From NCBI GenBank assembly GCA_025201805.1, contig MU619360.1, positions 4,616 through 68,615 of the forward strand: a stretch of DNA of 64,000 bases, in the 5' to 3' direction. Source of the stretch: Parasitella parasitica NRRL 2501 (Eukaryota; Fungi; Mucoromycota). The notes below the pieces were generated by a model. It did no database searches. It was not told where the DNA came from and worked only from the letters and a program-made list of their open reading frames with translations. Below, piece after piece: positions 25,783-38,991 of the stretch; positions within the stretch are counted from its first letter, which is position 1, and every line of letters begins with the position of its first letter. The translations under genes were made by a program, and so were the position numbers.

Positions 25783-27140
25783 TTATTGTTCAGGAGTCCA
25801 CTTCTTGAGACGGATGGAGTGGACTTTGATGAAGCCATCGGCATCTTGAGGGTTGTAGCCACCTTGTTCGTCCATGGAAGATTCTTGCATATCATAGAGC
25901 TTGGCGCCGTCACCGCGAGCAATACGGCCTTCGATCACAGTGTTACCCTTGTAAAGCTTCAACTTGACATCGCCAGAGACATTGCGTTGTGTGAACTCGA
26001 TAGACTTGGCCAAGAACTCACATTCAGGAGAAAAGTATTGGCCATTGTAGAGGGCTTTGCTGTAAGGAACAGTGATGTTTTGATCGCGAAGAGCACGCAA
26101 TTGGCCGTCCAAAGTCAAGCCTTCAAGATCCTTGTGAGCAGTACGCAAGATGGTTCCACCGGGGGTTTCGTAGCAACCACGAGACTTGACACCGATGAAG
26201 CGAGATTCAACAATGTCAATACGGCCAATACCATTACGACGGGCAACTGTGTTGAGGTAAGTAAAGAGCTTGACAGGCTCAGTTTCTTCTTGGCCATCGT
26301 TGTGGTTAACAACCTTGACAGGGATACCCTTATCGAAAGTGATGGTGATGCGTTCGGGAGTGTTGGGAGCATCCTCAGGGTCGATGGTGAGCTTCCACAT
26401 ATCCTTGGGTGGAGTAATGTTGGGGTCTTCGAGAATACCAGCTTCATAAGAGATATGGAACAAGTTCTCGTCAGTAGACCAAGGCTTGGCCTTTGTTTGA
26501 GCGACGTGGATGCCCTTTTCAGAAGCAAAGTCCAAAAGAGCACTACGACCAGCGAAGCGTTCAAAGAAAACTAGGCAAAACATATTGGTAAATATGTCTC
26601 CACTTGTATTATGGCCCAATAAACTTACCAGGTAATCTCCAAGGAGCAATGACTTCAATGTCAGACTTCAAAGCATAGTAAGCAAGTTCGAAACGAACTT
26701 GATCGTTACCCTTACCAGTGCAGCCGTGAGAAACATATTGACAGCCTTCACGCTCAGCAATCTCAATTTGCTTACGGGCAATAACGGGACGAGCTAAAGA
26801 AGTACCCAAGAGATAGACGGATTCGTAAATGGCATTAGCTTGAATGGCAGGGAAGATTTGCTCCTTGACGAATTCCTCCTTGAGGTCCTATACATAGTAA
26901 AAGATGCTATTAAATGGCTGATCTACATACACACGTGTTGAGACATTCTACCTCTACAAAGACCTTGGTGGCACCAACGCTCAAGGCCTTGGCCTTGATG
27001 GCTTCGAAATCCTCTTCTTGACCAACATCGGCAATGTAAGCCAAAGTTTCATAGCCTTGTTCAATCAACCAAGCCAAAATGACAGAGGTATCCAAACCAC
27101 CAGAATATGCAAGAAGAACCTTTCCTTTATCACCAGCCAT
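25783..27140 (-). CDS. ARG1: argininosuccinate synthase
   Basis: [13 protein letters not shown]; [10 protein letters not shown]; [16 protein letters not shown]; [21 protein letters not shown]; [26 protein letters not shown]. Three exons. Confidence 0.97.
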
Positions 27141-27477
27141 TGTTGTTGTAATTGTTTCTTTTATTAAAAAAATAAAGAGTTGAAAGAAGAAGAGGAAAAT
27201 GCAAGACCGATGTCAAACCATTTATATATACGAGACCAAGCAAAATGTTGGGATACCGCTCCATCAGCAAGCTTGATATATACGCCATGACGCTGCTACA
27301 TAGATGTAAACAACCATGTCTCATTCGCGCAACTTTTATCCAATTTGTTCATGCCTTGAGTTAACCCCCCCATCCTACCATACATCTTTGTTGCTATGCT
27401 ATGGGAAGCCTTTTTTTTTTTTGCACTAAAAGCCTTCATTAATCGGACTCTAATCTATCTTGTTGTATGATAAACGA

Positions 27478-27484
27478 TGAGTCA
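27478..27484. promoter_or_regulatory. Gcn4/CpcA (AP-1-type) element TGAGTCA upstream of ARG1
   Basis: Perfect TGACTCA on the minus strand about 340 bp upstream of the ARG1 ATG; TATA-like tract at ~27221. Confidence 0.5.
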
Positions 27485-27639
27485 GAGTTCCTAAATACGG
27501 TTGTCAGTCATAGGGGAATACCCCGCCCCAAGTCGATCTTCGCTCCACACTTTTATGCTTCCATTTTGAATTCATTTGATTCTCAGGAAAGAGGATATTT
27601 GTTTTTGCTTTTCAAGCCAAATCTATAGTTTGAGAGCTG

Positions 27640-27980
27640 CCTACATTCGAGCACTTGACTAAATTCTTTGATAAAGATCCTCATGTCCGAGTATATGACG
27701 CTGTTATTGAACTCGCTAAAAGTTTCGATTTACATGTAATTTGAATATCGTCAAAAAAAAAAAAGAAAAAAAGAAAAGAAAAACCATAAAAGTGCTGAAA
27801 ACTAAAGAGAGACGTGAATGAGACGAAACTTGGTCGAATGCTGTTATGGACCACTCCAAAAAGTGTAGTTTTATCGACGAAAGTGCCTTTGATGTCAACA
27901 TAAACTCACTTCCGGCAGGATCAACCAGAGGCACTCGTGCCAAAATTATCACATCTTCAGCACCGGCAGTTAGTCATTCA
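27640..27980 (+). mobile_element. Tc1/mariner-IS630-type transposase remnant
   Basis: HLTKFFDKDPHVRVYDAVIELAKSF, then ERRE*DETWSNAVMDHSKKCSFIDESAFDVN...STRGTRAKII...AVSH (first catalytic Asp in FIDES), with stops and a frameshift. Confidence 0.7.
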
Positions 27981-28049
27981 GGCAGCCAATGGAACTTATT
28001 GATCCTTTAGCACCCAGGAAAATTAACTTCCTACTAGAATAGCCTCTCA

Positions 28050-28500
28050 GGTCGTCCACCTTCTTTAATTTACTCTGGGGGTGTCAATTGCTAGAATTTC
28101 GACCATTTATATGATGCCATCGGAAAAAGCCTTTTGCAACCAACCAAAACATTGGATAACAAATACCTTTTGGTTTGGTTTTCAAAACATGAGAGAACGA
28201 GCAAAAATATCCATGCGAACCAGGTTTATGAAAGCTGATTTTGGATTGGGTTGACTACCTAATGGCTTTACTTTTACATAACTGATTGCTGCGTTGTCTG
28301 CTTTTTTCGGAAACGCTACTATCGTTGCATCCGGCCTCCATACTATTGTGCCACCATCTTGACGGCTTAGCCATACGAGGTGTTTGCAATGGAGTATATG
28401 GAAGTATCATGAGCATTGAATGGTTTTCATCGTCCCGCTCTCTGTTGTTGTAAAATGAAACCTCCCGATTTCGCATCAGCGTATACATATACATCAACGT
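28050..28500 (-). pseudogene. decayed PD-(D/E)xK nuclease-like gene
   Basis: WRPDATIVAFPKKADNAAISYVKVKP...NLVRMDIFARSLMF*...VFVIQCFG...DGII*MVEILAIDTP. RPD...(E>K)VK motif with internal stops. Extent approximate. Confidence 0.5.
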
Positions 28501-29239
28501 ATGTTAAAACTGGGCAAGTTAAGATTTGTTGACTTGAATCAACAGCTCTCAAGCAAAAGTGCATAAGCAATCAGAAGTTCTCATTTTCGTGTGCTCCCAT
28601 ATTGAATTTTTGATTGCTGACAACACCTTCAAATTGATAGGCTGGTTATCTTCACTTGAAAAATTGTTCTGCTACTATATAAAATATTAATAAATTAACT
28701 GCCCTTTCACTTTTTCAAGCTTGCAATATATCATTCGGCTACATGTTGGGCTGAAGAATCGCAAATTCCAAGCTGAATTTTCAAGACATGTATCGTTAAC
28801 AGATGGTACATTGAATGCATTTAAAATGGCCTTTATGGAAAAGCTCTAGCTACTATAAGGAGCTTTCACATACGACACTTTATGCAACGAGGAACGTCCT
28901 TGTTCAAAAAGCCATCAAGCAGAATAGTGATATTCCAAAATAATATCAGACGAATTTATGGTTGCTCACAGCCATTAGTCGATGTTCATTTATAATACTC
29001 ATCTAGTTGAGGTGAGAGGCCACGTCGAAATCAACAACGCGTTATTACAATCGAATGATTCCTCTTCTAATTTTCATTATACTTGATCTCCTTGGTGGTA
29101 CAATCAATTATGCATACATTTCGATAAGCCGACACCTGGTAGCTTTTATAGATGGAGAAAAATTGTTGATCTTCGACTTGTTGTTTCTTTTTTTTTTGCT
29201 TTGCTTTGCTTTGCTTTGCATTGTACGTAAAATATAACA

Positions 29240-31195
29240 ATGGCTATCTCTGCATCAAGAGCCGACATAACAACCATTTCTGCTGCCACTGTAGCCACCA
29301 TCACAGCGTTTTTGATGTGGAAATACCCTGATCGTGCCGTTTTCAGAGAGCATCGTGCTGGACTTATTGATCTCGAAGGAACACCTATTTTGGGGAATCT
29401 TCCAGGCATGGTACTGAATGGCGACAGGTTTTATGACTATTTGACTGAACATTTCGAAAGGCTAAACACCTTGACATTGTAAGTACGAGACCTTCTTTCA
29501 TGTGCCCATGCGTGTATTTTATAAACTTGTCAAATAGCCGCACTACTCGCATTTTCATGCCAAACATGATTCACACTACTGATCCACGGAACATCGAGCA
29601 TATATTAAAGAGTATGCAGCCAATGTTTACCGAAAACTTCAACTAACGACTTACACACANNNNNNNNNNNNNNNNNNNNAAAAAAAAAAAAAATAGACAA
29701 CTTTGAGGGATATATCAAAGGGCCCTCATTTGACTACATGATGCACGAGCTTTTAGGAAAAGGTATTTTCAATTCAGACGGTGATCGATGGAAGATGCAG
29801 CGCAAAACGGCAAGTCGAATCTTCCATGTAAAGAATTTTCGTGACCAATTCACAAGGTATATGTGTGATATCCTTATTGAGCATCAAAATCACCAAATAC
29901 TAAATGCAGCCAGTGTGTTTGTGAACGAAATTAACTTGGCCTCACGGGAGATATTTGACAAAGCCGCTGTTTCAGGAGAAGTCATTGATTTTCATGATAT
30001 TATGCTTCGCTTCACCATGGACTCATTTGCAGAGTGAGTCCGTCGAATATTCTGTCGTACACTATTAACTAATCTTTATATTTAGACTGGGCTTTGGCGT
30101 TGCGTTAAACTCGCTTCTAAAGCGAGCCGAATTTGCAGACTCGTTTGATGCATTGCAATCGCACGCATTCAATAGATTCGTAATGCCTGGTATTGACGCA
30201 TATGAAACGGCAAAGCATTACTTGACATATTGGAGCAAAACTAAATCCATAAAACAGCACTTGGAAACAGTCGATACTTTTGCTGAAAATCTGATCAAGC
30301 AACGTCGTGAAGAAGAGGCGGCAGCAAAATTAGTAGGCGTTCAGTTGGAAAAGCAAGACTTGCTGTCTCGTTTCATGCGAGAAACATATGCTTCCGGCGA
30401 GACGCTTGATGATGTTGATTTGAGAGACACTATTCTTAACTTTATCATTGCTGGGAGAGACACAACTGCGCAGGCGCTTACGTGGACATTCTACCAGCTG
30501 ATGCTTTATCCAGAAGTCCAAGCAAAGGTGCATGCCGAAGCCGAGCAGTTTATCAGCAAAGAGGTAGAAGCAAATTCGTCTAGACTATATTCAGCCATCC
30601 AAGATATGGTATACTCCCATGCAGTGTATGTTAATCAGACGGTCTTCTTTTATGTGTCTTGTTATTAACAACCCTATGATAAACAGGTTTTTCGAGGTGC
30701 TGAGGCTGTATCCATCTGTACCTGGTAACCAAAAGGAGGCCGTCAAGGATGATGTATGGCCTGATGGAACTAGAATTTTCAAGGGCGATTATGTCTCATG
30801 GCAGCCCTACTGCCAAGGTCGTTTAACAAAGGTATGGGGTGTAGATGCAAAGGAATTCAAGCCAGAGCGTTGGATATCAGAAGCAGATGGATCCCTTGTA
30901 CGTGCATCACCTTTTCAATGGTCTGCATTTAATGCCGGTCCTCGTGTATGTTTAGGTAACGTAAACAAAACAAAACAAAACAAAAAAAGGTTCATCGTTG
31001 TGCTCTCAAAGTAACATGCTTTTTGTACATTTAGGTCAAAACTTGGCCATTTTGGAGGCTTTGGTGGCCATTCTCCTCATGGTAAAAAGATACAAGTTTC
31101 ATCAGGCTCCCGGTCAAAAGGTAGAGGTCCTGAATTTAATAACCTTATCAATGAAGGATGGGCTCAAGATCACCGTTGAAAAGCGAAAGCCATAA
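29240..31195 (+). CDS. cytochrome P450, CYP86/CYP94/CYP704-like (putative fatty-acid omega-hydroxylase)
   Basis: GKGIFNSDGDRWKMQRK; NFIIAGRDTTAQ; EVLRLYP; FKPERW; heme motif FNAGPRVCLG. Multi-exon. Confidence 0.93.
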
Positions 31196-34100
31196 TGCAA
31201 TTTAAATGTACTATTGTATCAACCTTCTTCTCCCTGGCCAGCTATATTGTTTAACAATGAAAATTGCATATCAGATGTAATAAACCGATTTTATGTGCAT
31301 TCACATGTAACAGTCTAATATACATGACCCTGACTAAACAAGGAAGGGGGAAAGGGTGGTGGGGGGTGATCAACACCTGCTAAATTCATCATCATTTAAC
31401 AATTGCTTAGAACAGTGGTTAATATATTAAAATCCCTTGAAAAGACGCAAGTTTAAGGAGCATGTTTGGATCACCTATTTATAATTTTGAAAAACAATGC
31501 AAATGGATGTACTAAATGTCTTGGTTCCGTTGATCATACATTATATACCTGCTTGAACAGCAATATGCTGACACATGTGATCATCAACTCCTTGCGATAC
31601 ATGTACAGAATTATGCCTGTAATGATTCGATTTTTAAACAATATCAGCCCTGTATCCAAATACTTGCACGCTACTTTTTGTGTAAATACCATATTATACT
31701 GTAATGATGACACCTCTATGTTGTTTACATCAACAAGCGGATAACGCTAGCATGTGAAAGATCGAGATTAGAACAATCAACAATGCAAAATGGGCGGATC
31801 CTAAATATGTCAACTGGCTTGTCATTTATAAAGCATTTTTTTTACATGCTCTTGAAGCCGTGTTTAGAAGCTTCACTAACGTAAGAATCGTAACTTAGTA
31901 TACAATTAATACGAAATTCTTACTTGGTTTACACACAAACAAGGTAAGCTGAGCCGTATCGAGGCCTTTTGTTTACATTGTAACCGTCAAATGTGGCTGA
32001 TCATTTTGAGGTCTGACTAAATTCAGGGGTAATTTTGTTTTGCTCAATGTGGCGTCAAATCTCTTGATTGGAGCCCCTAAGAACAGAATCCCATCGTATT
32101 ATATATAAATATACAAGGTCGGTTGTCGTTTGGCGAATAATACCAGTTTAGCAAAAACAACTGACCTGTTTTATTTATAATCAATTGTAATATGAGTTGA
32201 CCAAAACAAACTGATAGACTATTATCATCAATAATATTTACAGCGTTTCATATGTACAATCAATCAACCCAATCATATCCATGTTTATTCCTATAAGTAT
32301 GGAAGCCCCAATATTCCGGGATAACGCATTGGGTTTGGGCACCCATAATATTTATTCAAAAAGCTTGCTAGCAAAGAAGACTGGGCATAAGGATCGCACT
32401 TGCTTAGCCATACGACAGCGCAAATAAACTTGGCATGGTTATTTATGCATAAAAATATTTGTGTGCACAAGAATAAAGTTCACGACAAGTTTCAAGTATG
32501 CATGTTATGCATGCATGTACGCAGATCAGAAAAAAAAACATTAGCTTTTTCACAGCACAGATCTGAAAAAGAAACCCATCTTGAATTTAATAGCCAAGAA
32601 ATTAATTAAACCGGTTGATATCAACAATAGATTGGCTCCAGTAACTTTGAAGAGTGATTTTTCAAAAAGCTTCTAAAGTAGACCAACAACACGGCCATGA
32701 TAATAATGATACCTTAAAAANNNNNNNNNNAAAAAAAAAAAAAAAAAAAAAAAAACGGGGCCAATGGGAGCACGTATGTACCTGGCATTGATTAATGCTA
32801 TATAAGATATACATGCCCGAATCAAATATACATAACCTTGTTTACAATCTAAAATATGAGGCTCCAAAATGATCTTTTCTATATGTCATGATCTTTTCCG
32901 TGATTTTACAAAGATAAAAGACCTCTACTAGTCTCTATAAACGGCTGAATTCCTGCCTTGTCCTACTCTGCCGAGATCGGGTAAAACTTCCTTTTAAATG
33001 CGACGTTACATGTATTTTCTCGTATGTTACATGTATTTAGATAATGGTCTGAATTCCACAGATCAAAATAGTTACATTTCATGGTTTATCAATGTGATTT
33101 ATGTATGTAAGCGTACATGCAACATGATTTTATTAAAAAAAAAAGGAATGATATTGCATTCTATTGAGTCGATTTATCTGCATGATTGTTTTTTTTTTCT
33201 ATTGTGGAATTTACTTGTATAGAAGCCAGATTTTAATTTCAAGCGTAAAGTCACTTTAGAAGCTAAAGGAGAGGGCATCTTGATATCCATATGTGCCATG
33301 TACGATGAATTCACCCGTTTTAAAGGCATCTCCTTGCTGAATGTTACAGCACATTGTTCGACATAAGGGTATATTATATGTAATCGTTTTACATTGTCTG
33401 ATATAAAACTATAAATCACTGGGGGAACACAAGTATGAAATAGGAAAAGGCTTATTTACCTGGACATCCTATGCGTGCGGCACCCAATGAACCTAAAAAA
33501 ACATACTGTGCCACGCTGATGTATCCAAGAACGAAAGGAATTTGTTGTCGTCGGATGATGTTCTTAATTTAGACGGTATCTTTGATGATGATGATTTTCG
33601 CTCTTATCAAAAAAAAAAAAAAAAAGAAGGGGCTTTGGATTATGTACTGAAAGGAGTTCTTGTTATTGTTTATATGCTTCTGTTCCCAAGGATTTAAAAA
33701 GCACTATACAATATTCGAGGGGAGTGGGGGGAGGGAAGGGACGATGTAAAGGGGACAATCTATATACAAGACACAGTTTAAAATGTACAAACACAGATTA
33801 TTTGATCAATGATACTAAAATATCTTGTTTGTGTAATCATCATTATGAAATATATTTCTGTTCATGATGTCGGTACATATCTAGCAGATTATGTATATGA
33901 TCTATATTGTAATATTTTAAATTGATGAAAATACAATGGGTGTAATGAGCTTACTCCTTCTGCTTTAATGACTTTCTTATATATGCTTTCTTTATGCTAA
34001 GATTATATAATAATGAAATAAATAGAAGCAGGGTCAAACATCATTTTAAAAAAAAATCAGGTCGCGTGCTGTGTAACTCCATGGCATTCAAATGAAATCA

Positions 34101-34451
34101 TTATCGTTATCATGCCTTGTTCTGCATAGCATCTTGAGTGTTCTAAACATCGATAAATTGTTGTCATGGTAACCTGAAAAATGAATCGAACCCTGTTCCC
34201 ATGAAAACATATACATGATTTGATGTTGTTAGCGCCGCATCACTCTCTTTATCTATACCACACTCCTAAAATGGACTCGCCGTCTGTTCCTTTATTCTGT
34301 TTCCAATTTAGATTCTCCTTATGCGTAGCAAAACAATATAATAATGTATACTCTAAACCTTAAATGTTTGTGTATGTCAAAATACAAGTTTTTCTTCTTT
34401 TTTCATCCACCTCTCTCTCTCTCTTTCTCTCTTTTTCTACATTAAAATATA

Positions 34452-35528
34452 ATGATGACAATACAATCGATGGATTTTTTACCTTATTACGATCCCACTT
34501 ATTCTGTCAAGCAACCCTTTGCATATAACCAGCAAGCACAGCAGCAACAATGGACTGAACAGCTATTCATTCCACAATCAATCATTTCACCACCACAACC
34601 ACCGCAGGAGACTAAGCAACAATTACTATTATCAGCTCCAAACGATCTCTCAGTAATGAGCCAAAAAGTGATTCGATTATTATGCTGTGGAAACACAATT
34701 TGGGACATGGATAGAATAACAAATTTCTCGAACTTTTGTGATCGATTAATGTTGCAAATTGACATTCCTAAGTCGGTTGTGTACACTAGGTGAGTGTTCA
34801 ATCATTTTTGCATGTATAATGTATGTTATTAATAGAGTTTTTTTTTTTTTCTTTTTTTTTCTTAGCTTGAAATACATTCAGCGTATCTTGGCAAATAGCG
34901 TAAACGAATACAATTTAATCGATCTATCAGATATCGCACATGAGTATTCTTTATTTACTGTATCACTCTTGCTGGCGTACAAGTTTCTTGAAGACAATCC
35001 TCCGTTTATGGTAATATAGCATAACCAAAAACATGTCAACGATTATATATTAATAAATAATACTAATAGCGTCAATGGTCCTTTGTATCAATGATTCCAA
35101 TAGAAGACCTTGTCAGAGTCGAATCACAAATACTGCAGAAACTTGACTATTCACTTGATATTTCAGTCGAAACATTTGATGAATGGACCGACCAATGTAA
35201 CGAGATATTCCATGGCGTTCAAGATATTTTTAAGTATGATTTGCACATGACTCGAGCTCGACTTGGATGCAGCATTTTATTACCGGTTTTATTAGATGAT
35301 TTCTATTTTAATCATTATCAACAAGAGCAACAGATGATGATGATGTTGATGCAGCCACAACAAGAATTGTTCATACCTACACCAACAGAACAGCAATATG
35401 ATGAGCCATACTTTTATGATTTAAATGATACTATAATGACCACAAACATGTATTTGCAAGAGCACCAAGTACCCGTACCCATGGATCCTTTGTGGTACTT
35501 GACACATAATAATAGCACCATTTTTTAG
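34452..35528 (+). CDS. cyclin-like protein (PHO80/PCL-type fold)
   Basis: FCDRLMLQIDIPKSVVYTSLKYIQR...LFTVSLLLAYKFLED...W...LVRVESQILQKLDYSLDISVETFDEW. Two introns. Confidence 0.75.
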
Positions 35529-35753
35529 ATTTGTTTGTTTATCACACGCACAAGCTCACGCACACCTTTATACATATGCACATATTACATTTTCTTTATA
35601 TACTTTTCTCTTTTGTATTCATTCTCGCTATATCCCCCACCCCCTTTATATTCTTCATCGCTTTTAAGTATAGATGTACAGCACCAGCATCACTTGTAAA
35701 ATAAACTCTTCTATCTTGATCAAGTATTTATTTACAACCATCTAAAAAAAAAT

Positions 35754-36817
35754 CTATCGCTTTCCTCTCTTCTTTTCAAATTTTTTACTCTTGTCACCAA
35801 ATTTCTTTTTGGCGTCAAAGTTGTTGGCATATTCTCTCTTTGACTGAAGACGAACAGCCTTTTCGGTATTTACAATGTCATTCTTTCCAACAATCTTTTT
35901 GAGAATGTCCAACGAACTGTTCTTTTCAGCTTTGATATCGCCAACAGTAGGGCTGAATTGGTGCGTAACGCCCTTCATCTTGGTTTCTCCCTTCAACTTG
36001 CTGTCAAATTTACCAACACTTGCAGTAGCCTTTTTAGAGGCTGCAATGGCAGTCTGCAGTTCCTCCTTTTTAAATTCTTTAATATCTTTTTTACCGGCCA
36101 AGGTAGCAGCAGCAGCTTCTTCTTGATTACGACGCTGACGTTTAGTGTTCTTCTCTGAGCGCCCCTTCTTCTCCTCACGTACTTTAGCATATTGATCTTC
36201 CATGGGATCCCCATGATCGGGAACGGGCAAGAGCCAATCGTGCTCCAATGTTCCTTCAGGTTTGGCTCCCTTGTAACCCCATCGAGGTGTGTATTCGCCT
36301 GTATCTTCGTCATAAACCATACGATCACGTTTCTTATTCTGAATGCCCTTAGTCTTAGCAAACTTCTCCCATCTGGTAAGAGGCTTGTCCTTGGGCAAAG
36401 GCTTTTCACGAGGCAATACACTCACACGACCAGGCAATTGTGCCAAAACACCGGCATCAGCACTGGTGACAGGCAGCTTGAAGAGCTCGTTGACAATCAA
36501 CTGAGTATTGTCTCTGGTTAGATCCAAAATGTATTTGTCTGTAGTATTCTTGCTCCTAGTCATACATGTTAATTATGCGACATTTCTGCAAGTGATTTTG
36601 ATCTTTCTTACTTGAGGGTCTTTTCATCCAAAGCGTTAGTATCGAATGCTGACAGAAGATTGATGTCAAAGTCAAGAGGTACCAGTTTTTCGACAGTAAT
36701 GGGTTTACTAACAAAGTATTCGAGATCATTTAAGTCCGCAGATTCTCGGTATAAATGTCCAATGTTTCCAACTTACAACTGAGCTTGATGAGCTTCTAAG
36801 ATCTCGGTAACATCCAT
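35754..36817 (-). CDS. RRS1: ribosome biogenesis regulatory protein Rrs1
   Basis: FDINLLSAFDTNAL; LTRDNTQLIVNELF; LPREKPLPKDKPLTRWEKFAKTKGI; PRWGYKG; TASVGKFD. Confidence 0.95.
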
Positions 36818-37683
36818 TTTTTTTTAAATGTGCCAAAAGATGAAAAATGAGTTAATGGAAGGGTTCCTATGGATTTGATTTATGAAATGTTAAAAAAAAA
36901 AAAGCTTTTAGTCGACTGCTTTTAGTGACCATTTTGTTCTTTTCTTCATTTAATGCATCATGTCTTCATAACGTATATTGTTAAGCAAACGAGATGTACC
37001 AAAGAAAAACTTGATAGCTTTTCACAATATGTTAACAGATCGCCCGTTTGGCCAGTGAATATGCAATAAAATTTAAAGGAAAGCGCTTTTGAATTTGTGT
37101 GGGAGAGAGTGATTTTGCTTCATATCATCGATTATTTATAAATCAGCCCTAATGAATCTACTCCACAAACACTGTATTATGAATAGTTATCGTCTTCTTT
37201 CAACAATGACTCTATATGCCATTTTTCTATTTCAGTTCTATGCATTATAGTAATTCTGTTTTCAATAAAATTAAATGTTTGCATGCATACTATCGACCAT
37301 TTGTGAAGCTCATTGGCGGCAGCCGCTATGTATTATGTCTCGTTCCTTCGTATGGATACTGAATACAGCTTAATTCGCATACATCATCTTTATACACCAA
37401 ATTTATTTTCTCTTATTCTTTTCTTCATGGCAGCCTTTACTTTAATATACTATCTTGTCTTTTCTTTGCCTCATATTGTGTTTTGTAAATAAAAATCAGG
37501 AGGACATATCCCTTAAAAAAAAAAAAAAAAAAAAAAGTTTGACTGAAAAACAGAGCCACGATTTGATCGTCATGTTGGTAAAAAGAGCCTTTATTTTGAA
37601 AGCTGACAACTAGTGATCTACAAGCAGCTGCGTTTTGTTGGGGCGCTTCTTCTTGTCGAGGTGCGCACATACGGTATTATCGA

Positions 37684-38991
37684 ATGGTCCTTCCCAAAAT
37701 CACTTTCTCTCAACTCACCGAGAAAATCAAGCAAGATCAGCTCCTTCTAAAAAATACAAGATTTATTCTCGTTCTTGATTTGGGATTCGACCCTGACGAT
37801 GTCTTTGCTGTCGATTACGCTATCAGGCATATTAAAACAAACATTGCTCTTATTGTCACTAGTTTCTACAAGACTCATGAAAAAGCGCTAGAGACATTGA
37901 TCCACTTATATTCTCAAGGAATCTACGATATTCCTGTCGCCCCTGGCATTGCTTTTGCAGACAACGATGACAAGAATGACTCCAAGTTCAAGAAAGAAGT
38001 CCCGTTGTGGCCCGCATCCTTTGGTTATGCTAGTGATTCAGAATCTCTCATCGGCAATCATTTCAAGAACTATATCAAGAATATCAAGTGTCCTCCTGAG
38101 ATCCTGGAGCGGATGACTAGATATGCTTACGACGTTTATAAGAACCCTGATTATACTACCAGCCTTGTTAGGAAAGTTTTAGCCGATGCAAAAAAGGATA
38201 ATGTGCATATTGGCGTTCTTGCTCAAGGGCCTTTGACAGATGTTTCCTCTTGGATCGATAAAGGCTACTTTAAAGATGGCCCTGACGTCTCAATTTCGTA
38301 TGTCATGAATGGGGCTTTCTTTGAAGAAGGCCAGGAGTATGTTATGGAGCGCCTTGGTTACAACTATATGATGGACCCTGATTCTGCAGCCAATTTCTTC
38401 AAGAACATGCCTGGCTATATTGTTATTATCAGCCCTGACTTTTGCCGGACGAACAATTTTGTATTGAATGAGGACGACTACGATAAGTTGATGGCTATGT
38501 TGAATTCTGGAGACATTGATGTTAAAAAAGCACTTGCTGCTGATATAGATTTGTTTTACAAAAAGAAACCTCGCTCAGTATCTTTATCACTTGCTGATTG
38601 TGGTGTGCCTTATTTTGCCCATCAGCCGGAGAAGATGGTCGATGGTGTAGCTGCTAAATTCTGTAAATCTGACGAACATCATGTCGGTCCGAACATCACT
38701 TCCGTTGCATATGTCCAAGACGAACATTTTCTCAACGCTGACCCTTACAAGTATGCTCAACTGAGTGTCGAACCAAGCAACATATTCTTTATAACTAGTG
38801 CAGAAGATATGGAGACTATGAAAGCCAGCATTATGGACACAATCATTGAATCTGTAAAAATGAGAAGACCTTTTCAGGAGATGGTTCTTCCTGGAATCAA
38901 AAAGTTGATGGAGAGAGACGGCTATAATTGGGAGTGTCCTGATTTTGAAAATCAATTGAAGCACACATCAATAGATAATTCAAGCAATTAA
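37684..38991 (+). CDS. divergent inosine/uridine-preferring nucleoside hydrolase-like protein, intronless
   Basis: N-terminal Asp cluster VLDLGFDPDDVFAV; DIPVAPG; AQGPLTDV; VMNGAF; GYNYMMDPDSA (E-x-N-x3-D-P-x-A-A-like); LSLAD. Confidence 0.65.
   Translation: MVLPKITFSQLTEKIKQDQLLLKNTRFILVLDLGFDPDDVFAVDYAIRHIKTNIALIVTSFYKTHEKALETLIHLYSQGIYDIPVAPGIAFADNDDKNDSKFKKEVPLWPASFGYASDSESLIGNHFKNYIKNIKCPPEILERMTRYAYDVYKNPDYTTSLVRKVLADAKKDNVHIGVLAQGPLTDVSSWIDKGYFKDGPDVSISYVMNGAFFEEGQEYVMERLGYNYMMDPDSAANFFKNMPGYIVIISPDFCRTNNFVLNEDDYDKLMAMLNSGDIDVKKALAADIDLFYKKKPRSVSLSLADCGVPYFAHQPEKMVDGVAAKFCKSDEHHVGPNITSVAYVQDEHFLNADPYKYAQLSVEPSNIFFITSAEDMETMKASIMDTIIESVKMRRPFQEMVLPGIKKLMERDGYNWECPDFENQLKHTSIDNSSN

Noticed and set aside
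25786-26574. 262-aa plus-strand ORF
   Set aside because: Antisense shadow of strongly codon-biased ARG1; no motifs.
31300-34400. Long intergenic region scanned for tRNA, snoRNA or hidden genes
   Set aside because: No recognisable RNA-gene boxes or protein motifs found by eye; a covariance-model search would be needed.
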